From contig JAVECO010000094.1 in NCBI GenBank assembly GCA_051942205.1, positions 62,001-87,980 of the forward strand: 25,980 nucleotides of DNA, in the 5' to 3' direction. The translations under genes and the position numbers were made by a program. The notes beneath the pieces were generated by a model. It ran no database searches, was not told the DNA's origin, and was given only the letters and a program-made list of their open reading frames with translations. Below, piece by piece: positions 10,112-20,056 of the stretch. The first letter of the stretch is position 1; each line of letters starts with the position of its first letter. The DNA is from Coniocarpon cinnabarinum. Taxonomy: Eukaryota.

Positions 10112-13003
10112 ATGGCGACCAAAAGAAAGCATTCGGCGATTGTGCCAGAAGAGGAATCTGTGGACCCTTCGGATCAGCTAATGTTTCTCGGACTGGGTGG
10201 CTGCAATGAGGTTGGTCGGTCATGTCACATCTTGCAATACAAGGGTAAAACGGTCATGGTGAGCTTTGAGCGATGAGAGAAAATCTGAATGGTTTGCTGA
10301 TCTTCAGTAGCTTGATGCTGGAATGCATCCGGCATATGACGGCCATGCTGCTTTACCCTATTTCGACGAGTTCGATCTCTCTACAATAGATGTGCTCTTG
10401 ATATCACAGTAAGTTTGCGTGACTATGCTTTCACTTCTACACTTGCAATTTCCCTCGAGCAGATTTAGATAAGGGCTAGAGCATGGGCAAGTTTGGCGAA
10501 GGCAGGAGGACCGCTCACATCACTTTGGACATCTTAGCGTGAACAGCAAGGGCGTTCAGGACCTTCCGCGGTCCCCCGTTCCACTTTCTCGTGCAGGCAT
10601 CTTCAAGGATTGCGAGTACCATATTGTATATGCAGAAAGGAATGGAATTTGTTTCACGCCACACAAACGTCTTCAACGCCTTCTTGCCCATGCTCTAACC
10701 CTTGATCACCAAGTAAGCTTCTCATGTATGATACACGACTAACTTGGCCTGTCAGTTTCCACATCGACCACGCCGCAGCCCTCCCCTACGTCCTTTCCAA
10801 AACGTCCTTCAAAGGCCGAGTCTTCATGACCCACAGCACCAAAGCCATCTACAAATGGCTGATCCAAGACTCCGTCCGCGTCGGCACCACGGCCACCTCC
10901 TCTGAACAACGCACCCAGCTCTACACCGAGCACGACCACCTCTCCACTTTTCCCCAAATCGAAGCCATCGACTATCACACTACGCATACTGTGTCTGGTA
11001 TTAGAATTACGCCCTACCCCGCTGGCCATGTCCTCGGGGCTGCGATGTTCCATCTGGACATTGCAGGTCTTTCGATTCTCTTCACGGGCGACTACTCCCG
11101 TGAGGAAGACCGGCATCTTATTCCTGCGACGTTTCCCTCGAATACAAAAGTCGATGTGCTGATCACTGAGTCGACCTACGGCGTGGCGTCGCATACCCCC
11201 CGCAAAGAACGCGAGGCCCACCTCCTGCGCACAATCACCGGCATCCTCGATAGAGGCGGCCGCGCCCTCCTTCCCGTCTTTGCCCTCGGCCGCGCGCAGG
11301 AACTCCTTCTCATTCTCGACGAGTACTGGGCCGCTCACCCCGAGTACCAGCGCGTCCCCATCTACTACGCAAGCAACCTCGCCCGCAAGTGCATGGTCGT
11401 CTACCAGACCTACATCGGCGCCATGAACGACAACATCAAGCGTCGCTTCCGCGAACGCATGGCCGAGGCCTCCACGGGTGCGAGCGCCGGCGGGCCCTGG
11501 GACTTCCGCTTCATTCGCTCGCTCAAGTCGCTCGATCGCTTCGACGACGTGGGTCCCAGCGTTATGCTCGCTTCGCCGGGGATGATGCAAAATGGCGTCT
11601 CCCGGGAGCTCTTGGAGCGCTGGGCCCCCGACGCGCGCAACGGCGTTGTCATAACGGGGTATTCGGTCGAGGGCACCATGGCGAAGCAAATCATGAATGA
11701 AGCTGAGTCTATTCCCGCCGTCATGACCAAGTCGTCGGCAAGCGTCAACCGTCGCAAAGACAACGAAACTCGAAATATCACGCGTCGTTGTTCCGTGGCT
11801 GAATATAGCTTCGCGGCCCACGTCGACGGTACAGAGAATCGCGACTTCATCGAAGCCATCGCGGCTCCTAATATCGTCCTCGTTCATGGCGAGCGACATA
11901 ACATGGCGCGTTTGAAGTCGCGACTCCTCTCGTTGAATCAGGGCAAAGCAGAGAAGGATAAAGCGCGGATTCATAACCCGCATAACTGCGATACGGTTCA
12001 CATACCAATCCGCCAGGATAAGATAGCCAGGGTGGTGGGCAAGCTCGCCGAGCGAGTGCGACCGAATGCGTTGCAAGGAGAGGGAACGAGCGAGGAGGAG
12101 AAACAGATCATCAGGAATGCGGTCCTCGTCGAGAACGACTTCAAACTAAGCCTCATGGATCCCGAGGATTTGAGAGAATACGCCGGTCTCACCACGACGA
12201 CGATACTCTGTCGCCAGAAATTGACACTAGCATCCGCGTCACTGTCGCTGATCCGCTGGGCCCTCGAAGGCGCCTTCGGCGGTGTTGAAGAACTGCCCTC
12301 TACTTTCTCTCACGATACGAAGATGGCGGAGAGTCTGGCAAATGGGGAAGACGGCAGTACCACACCCCCGGACGACCCCATCGAAGAGATCGACCGCCGC
12401 GAAACGCGTCTCAAGGTAATGGACGTCATCACTCTCATTTACAGAGCCCAAAGCGAATTGATCGTCGAATGGGAAGGCAACGTGTCCAACGATTCAATCG
12501 CCGACGCCGTTGTGGCAGTCTTGCTCGGCGTGGAGAGCAGTCCCGCTGCCGTGAAGATGAGTTCGAAATTAAACGGCCATTCACACAATCACGATGACGA
12601 ACAAATGGGAAACAGTGACCAGAATGGACAACATGCTCTGCATAATCCGCACGCCCACGTCGCCGCTTCCACGCAATATTCCCGCCTTCTTCTCTTTCTG
12701 GAGGCACAATTCGGAAGTGAAGGCATTACGCCGCTTTCGGCCGCTGATCTCCCATCAACAGCCACGGATACCACTACAAAAGGCGAGGTCGCGATGACGG
12801 ATGCTATGAATCAAAGTGCACAGACCGATTTGCCAGTTGGTGTACCGCCGGCTCTCAAGATTGCCATCGATGCGAATGAGGCACTAGTCTGGATGGCAAC
12901 GGGGAATGTGGAGTGTAAACATGCGGTCACCAAGGCACGGGTGCAAGCCGTTTTGGAGAGGGCGATGGAGACGGTGGCACCGGTTTGGCGGGCGGGTGGA
13001 TGA
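10112..13003 (+). CDS. YSH1: mRNA 3'-end processing endoribonuclease (CPSF73/Ysh1; metallo-beta-lactamase + beta-CASP); exons 10112-10258, 10311-10408, 10756-13003; 830 aa
   Basis: LGGCNEVGRSC, LDAGMHP, spliced SHFHIDH zinc motif, AGHVLGAAMF, FTGDYSREEDRHL, PVFALGRAQELLLIL, MLASPGM, SFAAHVD, VLVHGE. Exon lengths sum to 2493 nt (831 codons). Confidence 0.97.
10409..10755 (+). other. Unusually long, structured YSH1 intron 2 (347 nt); candidate cis-regulatory RNA element
   Basis: GTAAGT donor at 10409, ACTAAC branch at 10738-10743, CAG at 10753-10755. The other introns in the window are 48-158 nt. It contains an inverted repeat and internal splice signals. Confidence 0.85.
10471..10703. repeat. 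Inverted repeat (long-range RNA stem) in YSH1 intron 2
   Basis: TAGAGCATGGGCAAG (10477-10491) is the exact reverse complement of CTTGCCCATGCTCTA (10683-10697). It is extended by AAGGG (10471-10475)/CCCTT (10699-10703) and GGCG (10495-10498)/CGCC (10677-10680). Confidence 0.9.
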
Positions 13004-13656
13004 AGTGTTAGAGATAGCCAGGGCATGTCTGATAGAATTGGAGCCTGGCTCAGTTGTCACCGCTTCGCCGGACACAAAGGGCTTAGGCGGTACTGAATGT
13101 GGACTGCGAGTGTAGAAGCAATACTGATGGTGGGGACTCTTGCTGTCGTGAGCGACGGCAGTTACCTGTACCCGACTTTGGAGTCATCCTCTTCCTAGGC
13201 GGTCAAATTCTGGGTCTATACACATCTCATGAACGTGCTTCAATGCAAGTCGTGGCACAGTACGGATGTCTTGAAAGGAAACTGTTGGACAATACAAGAC
13301 ATCAATGGTGGCCTCTACAAAGTGCGTGCGTTTTCATTCATTACATAGTCAGACGTCAAATCTGATGGCTGCTCGTAAGCTCTACATGATGCATCGTGTC
13401 GGAGCCCAACGCCGGTTTATGCAAAGTGATTATTTTTCATTTCGACCGTGGCTTGCCCCGACGCAAGTGGCGCCATGTACGATATCCTGATTGACGATTT
13501 CGAGGGTAGAATTCGGTTGTCAAACGACAACGTGTACCGGAAAGAAATCGAGAAATTTTTGGTGGTTTCACATAAGGAGCCTCTCCACTTATGTTGCTAT
13601 GTTCCTGCTGCTCCTCTGGCCATCGAAGACGTGTTTGGCGAAATCGCTCCTCGCTG

Positions 13657-15872
13657 TTATCGATAGCCGTTTGAACGCTCCCGCGCAAGCTTGATCTTGA
13701 GTGCTTCAGTGCCGTCGTCTTGAAGGTTCTCACGAAACCATTGATGTTGAAGCGCCTGCTTAGCGGTGATGCGTTTTTTGGGGTCGTATACGAAGATCTT
13801 CTTCAGCAAGTCAAGAAAGCTCTTGTTGAAGGCAGTCGCTGGGGGAATGGTCTCCTGCAAGATATCAGTATCAACAGCCAAACAACTCCAGATCACCAGG
13901 TACATACGTCTAGCCGCTTCATATTTCTGACATATTTGCGAGAGGTCCGCGGTGTCTCTGAGTTCGGATAGTCGAGTCGGAAGGCTCGAGGAAGGAAGAA
14001 CCTAGCAATTGGTCAGACTAGACGGTACTTGAACACCAGGGAAGGCTTCACCTACTGGGCAGCTGAGTTCTTGTTGCCTCGATTTGAAGCTCGTACTTGC
14101 TGAATCGTCTCCTTCTCGATCTTGGAATCGCACACCGACTCCATCATGGCCAAATGCTCGAGGTTGTCGTGTGTTTGAAATAAGGCATCGCCCGTGAAAA
14201 ACTCAACCAGAATACAGCCAATGCTCCAAATATCACAGGGATAGCTCCAGCCTAGATTGAGTATGATCTCCGGCGCTCGGTAGTGACGTGTAGATACGAC
14301 AGAAGAATGGTATTCATCATCAAACGTGGCAGATCCAAAATCAATGAGACGTATTTCAGGGTCGAGAAGTACTTTGCGGTACTTTGCGGATCGCTGCTGA
14401 GCACGAGAGGAGGCGGGTATTTGACGGTTATAGGTGAACGTCTGGTACGCGTTGCTGACTAGCAGGATGTTCTCAGGCTTCAAGTCAGTGTGGATGAGGT
14501 TGAGATCGTGAAGAACTGCATCTGTCAGTGAATGCTGAACGCGAATGCCAATACTAGACTCACAAGCTACGCTGGTCAACAGCTGACGGGCAAAGCTTTG
14601 GATGTGAGTACTTGGAAACGGCACGAAGCCGTTCAACTTGAGGAAATCGAAGACGCTGGATCCGAGGAGGTCGGTAACAATGCAGATGTGGTTGCGAAAG
14701 TCGAAGCAGTCTCGTAGATGGATACACCGGTTGCGGTTACTGCGGTCGTTCGACTTGAGTGTCGACAGTACTCTGAGTTCAATGCGGCTGGCATCTCTGT
14801 ATTTCGGAACGGCACGGATGATCTTGATAGCACACTTGGTCGCTCGATCCTTGTCGTATGCTTCGACAACTTTTCCGAAAGTTCCCTGACCGAGTAGCTT
14901 TCGGATCTCGTCTGCAGCATGTTAGCTTCACCGACTCATATAGAACGTCATGGCTGCTTACAGCGATCTGTCAAGTCAGTGTCAGGATTGACAATATAGT
15001 GACCGTCTTCATCATCGATCTTGTGGTGGCTGCTTGCCGCCTTCTATTAGGACGCGTTAGCGAGTGTTGAAATATGTGCTCGAATACATGGTGAATCTTA
15101 CATCGCGAATGAGCGGTGTATAGACCTCTCCAGCCTTCACTGGTGGCTTAGCTGGGGGAATGTAGTTTGTCCAAGCTTGTTTGTGGCTTGTGACCTCGAC
15201 CTCTGGTGTCTCCTCTTCAGGTGCATATCTCGATGTTCTTTTGCGTTTCTGTCCAGCGCGTTCTTCGTCCAAGCGTTGTTGCATTTGTTGGCCATTCCCA
15301 CTACTCACAGAAGTCAATGATGTCGGTGCTGTAGAGTAAAGAGCAGACGTGTTCCTAGCACTACTAGCCGTGCTGCTGGAATTGGCGTCATCATACACAT
15401 GAGGTAGATTTCTCGGTGCCTGCTTGGAATACCCATTCTGCATGTTTTCGTACGCGGCATCAGTCCTCCTGCGTTTATTCTCATGCTGTGAAGTCGTCCG
15501 TTTCAAGCCGCTGTCCCCGGTCGTGGCGTCGGGAGAATCGTCGTCAATGACGATGACCTCTTTGGGAAGGCCATTCTTGTAGAAATCGTTCCAATTGGTC
15601 TTCTTCGATTGCTGTTTATTGCGTAAATTGCTGCTCTCCGCCATGTTCGAGTATTCAGGTTTCACGCCGTTTGTGTGAGGCGGTCGGTGTGTTGGGAGCG
15701 GGGGAAGTTGGCGATCAATGGGAGAGGAGGCGGCGCTTGAGTCGTAATTGGGTTGTTGACTAAGCTTGGCAACCGAAAGGTTCGGTGGCCGCTGAAGCGA
15801 CGCGTTGTGATAGTCTTGGTAAGGAGGATAGAAATTTTGTGAAGAGAGCGCTGTGATTGCTGGGGTGGACAT
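13657..15872 (-). CDS. lkh1: LAMMER/CLK-family dual-specificity kinase (Lkh1/Kns1); exons 15872-15102, 15043-14962, 14911-14564, 14515-14056, 14001-13908, 13854-13657; 650 aa
   Basis: DDEDGHY, LLGQGTFGKV, AIKIIR, HTDLKPENILL, IDFGSA, STRHYRAPE and the EHLAMME signature. Five canonical introns keep the frame (1953 nt). Confidence 0.95.
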
Positions 15873-16934
15873 GGTCTATACGGTGAAAAATTTGCAGGTT
15901 ACTGAGCGACGCTGCTGGACGCTCACGAGACCTTGTTGCCCCGACATGCGTTCACTCGGTCGAGGTGAGGCGTTTTGGCTTGCCGAGGACCATGGCAGAA
16001 GGCAGTCCGAGTAATTGACGGCTTTGGTTGCTTCAGAGACGTCCTCTTTCCGGGTCAATTGGGATGGTTGGCAAGGAAACACGGCGAGTGCGTCGAGCGT
16101 TCGGACGTGTGGCGGCAGTGCACGGATGGTTGGAAGCAGCGGTGAGCCGAGTAGGAGCCTCACTGGCAAGTCAGCAACTTGAACAGCACACAGAAGAGCA
16201 GTATGGGGCAGGTATGAGGGCAAGAATCGACGCACAACGGTGGAGGAGGATTGACGTTGGTGAGTGGGGATGTCGGGACTGAGGCTTGAGCAGCAGCAGG
16301 GCGCCAGGCTGGATGGGGGAAAGGCTCAGTGGGCGCTCTCGCTCTACAACCTGCAACCTGCAACCCTACCTCGATGCGATCGACGCCCGTCTTCGCCAAA
16401 AGGGCTCGGCAATGCTGGTCTAGATGATTGATCTATTGCAACCTGGGTATCCTCTGTTCAATGCCTCCATAAATGGCCTTCTCACCTACCTGCGCACTTG
16501 ACCACGCCCCAATAGTCAGCGGCACGCGCTTCACCATTGCGCCCTCATCTCCCTACAATCCTCTTCGGCGGAACCGTTCATACAAACTGAATCATGCACC
16601 AGCACTCCGTATACAATCAGCCGCATGGTCGGCACCGCCGACTGACATCGCACTCAATCTGCTGAGCATCAGAATGCTTCCTGCCAAAGAATGCCCTATG
16701 TGCTATAGTTCCTCTCATCGTCTCCGCCATTTCAAGAGACTCTTCATGTTTCCGCCATGGCTCGTTAGGTACGCCTGAGACCACGGCTTGCATCCGCGGA
16801 TCAAGAAGCCTGCCACAAAACGCAACTCGCTCTTCCTCGCTTGCACCCACGAGCAGACGTGCTTGATGGCAATTCCAGCGAGTCACGTGCGATTGGATCC
16901 AGCCGGTGGAGGTCCTCTGCTTTTCTCACCGACC

Positions 16935-17717
16935 TCAACCTTTGACCTTCTTGTCCTTCTTGGGCTTCGATCCCCCAGCATTTGCGGGACTTTGATCGCC
17001 CTGCATCTCTGCCATCATGTCCTTGAACAGGTTCTCGCTGACGCCGCCACCACTCAGCGCGGGTGAATGAAGTGGCAGTATTGAGTTCATCTTCCACCCG
17101 CGTGGAATGGCTGGGGGCGCCGGAGACTCCATTGAGGAAGGCATGCCCACGAGCTTGAGCCGTTGCGGACTCTTCTCGTTTGTGGGGTGCGCCTGAAGAT
17201 ACTGCGCGACCTTGTTGTAGAGATCGTGTTCTGTGTGAGTAGGGTCAGCGCCAACGCCTTTCTCATTTTCAGCGGCGTCTAACATCGTGAACGCACTATT
17301 CTTCACGGTCCGGCTTTTCGGCCGGCCGTCTTCTTTGACGAGTACTCTGATCCTTCCTGGATTGGCCCAGTCTCTGGGATGCGTCTTCTCCGGCTCCACA
17401 ACTGGTTGCATGCTCAGACTGAAGACTGCATCTGCTATCTCTCTCGCCAAGGGATTTGGCACGGCTAGTTGTGCGCTCACACGACGTCCTTGCGCGCGCG
17501 AGCGGGCAGCATCAAAGTATATAGGATACAGACATTGGTAGTGTTTCGTATTCTCCTGTGTAAACTTGCTGTTCCTTTGTGTTGGGATGTGTGAGCCCTG
17601 CATCAATGTGGGATTACTTCCACCCGCTTGCGCATTGGAAGGTGGCGCCACTGTGGAAATGTCCATTTCATCAGGATCGCTGTCAGACAACTCCTCGACT
17701 CGCGGGTGAGTTGCCAT
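16935..17717 (-). CDS. SEC65: Signal recognition particle SRP19/Sec65 subunit; exons 17717-17297, 17230-16935; 238 aa
   Basis: QCLYPIYFDAARSRAQGRRVS..AVPNP, EPEKTHPRDWANPGRIRV. Removing intron 17296-17231 (GTGCGT..GCTGAC..CAG) gives KNKHDLY. Basic C-terminal tail. Confidence 0.93.
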   Translation of the reverse strand: MATHPRVEELSDSDPDEMDISTVAPPSNAQAGGSNPTLMQGSHIPTQRNSKFTQENTKHYQCLYPIYFDAARSRAQGRRVSAQLAVPNPLAREIADAVFSLSMQPVVEPEKTHPRDWANPGRIRVLVKEDGRPKSRTVKNSAFTMLDAAENEKGVGADPTHTEHDLYNKVAQYLQAHPTNEKSPQRLKLVGMPSSMESPAPPAIPRGWKMNSILPLHSPALSGGGVSENLFKDMMAEMQGDQSPANAGGSKPKKDKKVKG

Positions 17718-18714
17718 CTTGACATATGCTTCTCAAAGAATTGCGCCGCTTGCTTTGTTGAGGATGATCGATCTGGAGTTTGATCTCGTGTATAAAAGAC
17801 TACAGGTGCTGAATAGACGGTGAATGCCATGATTTTCATCAGGGACACCCTTCCTGACCAGTGCACTCTGGTGCTCCCCAGCCAGCCCGAGTGGTTGACT
17901 ACTTAGGTAGCCCTAGGGGTTGCCGGCCATGACGGCACAAGTTTACGCGAGCACAGCGAACCCACCTTCGGTGCAATTGGAGCATTATTCCTGTCAGGAG
18001 CAACTCGAACCGTGACTTCGCCTCCCGGCATCATTCAAACACAAGGGTGCTGCTTGTGTTTACGGCGAGAGCCAGTATTGCAGCAAGGCACGGGGCCTTT
18101 GGTCGCTGATATTAGATTCCTACAAAGGATGCTCATGCCACCACATCTCACGCTTCTGTAGCTCATTCGCAAAAGAATACGTCGAGGCCTTCTCAGCTGT
18201 CGGGCTTCTGCACGAGATGTGAATTATCATGTATCGATGTGAGCATCGCGACGGCGCAATATGGGTAAAACCGAGTACCGCACGCACTCCAATTCCCGAT
18301 GAGGTATGTATGATCTGTAGACTAATTCGGTCTCCACAATCGCTGCGGTACCTGGAGAGCTTAGTTCACTGTAAAAGCGCTGGTGATGAAGCGCTTGACC
18401 GGTTGCAGAAGTTTCCCCTCTTCATGACGGTGGATTTCCATCGACTTTGCAGCTGGCGACGTCGCTACAGACCTGCACCGGTCTAGGGACAGGGGGAGCT
18501 ATGGCACTGTTTTCGCCTTGCTGCGCAAATTTGCACGCATTTGCGGGAGTCTTGGGCAGGGTTGATGACCAAGCCAGTCCATTCGTTGCCTCAGAATCAA
18601 TTGCTTTTTCACCGTGTTTGAGACATGCAGTGGGATTGTTGAGAGTAAATAAAGAAATCGCCATGTCAAAGACGCATCATCCAAACGGCCGGGCGGAACG
18701 ATGCGCCACGAAAG

Positions 18715-19559
18715 CTTATCTGCTTATCAGCGACCAGGATGCGAGGATCATCACCATTGAAGCTTGGACCAAGCAGAGGTGTCGTCAAGTCTTGCGCGGG
18801 CAGAGACGCTCCACGATCCAATGTGTCCTGAGACCGTAGATGTGTGGCTGTTTGAGACGCCGGCTGACACACACAGCGCGGGTCGCGCCCATGTTTGACT
18901 TGGCAGCTTGGCGTTGGCAGTCGAAATGAAGAGGAGCACAAGTGACAACCCTCCCACTTCCATTTCGAAACGCCGCCCACAACGCCAGCCACAGGCTCAC
19001 AGCAGCCAGGCTAGGTAGACGCCCACTGCGCCGGCGCCGCGTTCCCCCAGATTGCGGCGTGCTGATCGCCCGGCCTGTCGCAGCGGCGCAATCCTGGCCC
19101 AGCTGGTGGAGCACGTCACCTCGACCTGCGACAACCTCCTCGAGCCACTCTGCGCGCTCTTACTCGGGCGTTGCGACGGCTCGAGATCTCGCGCGCTAAA
19201 GGCTCGATTGCGTGTCACACAATGACACCAGCACAATGGCTGACATTCCCGAGGTGTCCGGCTTTTCCAGTACAACACCACCATTGCACGCAACGGAAAC
19301 ACACACTGACAACTTCCAAGGACCGCGTTGGAGAACTTGCCCCTGTCTTATCAAACCCAGCGCTGCCTGTCAGGGATAGATCTTCCCCTTGCCACCAGCG
19401 TTATCTCGTTGGACCACCTACACCCCGCGGTCGCGACAAGTAGGTACATCCTCAAACAAATGCGCGACAAGCACCTTGCTTTTCCTTCCTCATTCGTCGT
19501 CTTCACCTCCCACCTCGATCTACGCTTGCTTGCGCTTGCAACAATTCGACCGTTGATAG
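18715..19559. promoter_or_regulatory. Candidate PacC (GCCARG) and GATA-factor (HGATAR) sites upstream of the aspartic protease
   Basis: GCCARG on either strand at 18899, 18907, 19005, 19093; HGATAR on either strand at about 18716, 18724, 19348, 19401, 19554. Motif match only. Confidence 0.35.
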
Positions 19560-20056
19560 CGCCGAATCCTTGCGTCGTCGATCGCCTCGGTCGCTGCCAC
19601 TCGTGCTCTTCTGACGACGACATTCGCTGTGCTGGTTCACCAGACCCGAACCAGCAGGTACGCCGTCTTCGCAGTCCTGCTCCACCCGACTGAAGCCATA
19701 TCTCATCATGCGGCTATGCCCTTGCGCGCCATCTCGCAGGGTCGATTTGGCGCTGGAAAATGTTCTGGCGCTGGGCGAATGAGAGGTGGTTCGTGAATAA
19801 CAGATCCCCACCCCCCTTCAAATCTCTCTACTTTGAAGGTGATCCCTGCATGCACTGTGCCTACGAGGTGACAACTGCCTCGAGCGGAGCAGAAGTAGCT
19901 CATTTCCAGTGACTTTGCATTTGCCGGGAGGCAAATCGCAAACCATTACAAGAACCCTATACTCTCTGTTTCTTCCTGTCTTTATTTGCTCTTCTGGTCC
20001 TATCGTTCCTCGCAAACTTCACTCTTCTAGACACTCCTTCTTCCTCTTCACACAAC

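Noticed and set aside
10539..10742. 67-aa ORF inside the YSH1 intron
   Set aside because: GTG start and no recognisable protein features; relevant only as a possible poison cassette.
10409..10755. Stwintron/recursive splicing, TPP riboswitch or box C/D snoRNA in YSH1 intron 2
   Set aside because: Excising 10409-10713 leaves CA|TAAGC (no GT regenerated) and excising 10713-10755 leaves AA|T (no AG). No TPP aptamer core (UGAGA, CUGAU/CUGAA..AGCGUAGG-like) and no RUGAUGA/CUGA box pair were seen.
10739..12076. 445-aa antisense ORF over YSH1 (and similar shadow ORFs over TAF4, SCS7 and the protease)
   Set aside because: Typical antisense shadow of C-ending codon bias; no recognisable domain.
16347..16365. 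CAACCTG tandem repeat (about 2.7 copies)
   Set aside because: Too short to tell from chance or slippage.
17990..18080. Pol III B-box-like GGTTCGAGTTG (minus strand, 18001-18011), raising a tRNA or SRP RNA next to SEC65
   Set aside because: Imperfect B box, no cloverleaf, no convincing A box and no SRP helix-8 motif seen. A tRNAscan-SE/Infernal run would settle it.
18229..20015. Many 60-130 aa ORFs on both strands
   Set aside because: Mutually overlapping, Arg/Cys/Pro-rich random composition, with no domains or coherent exon chain.
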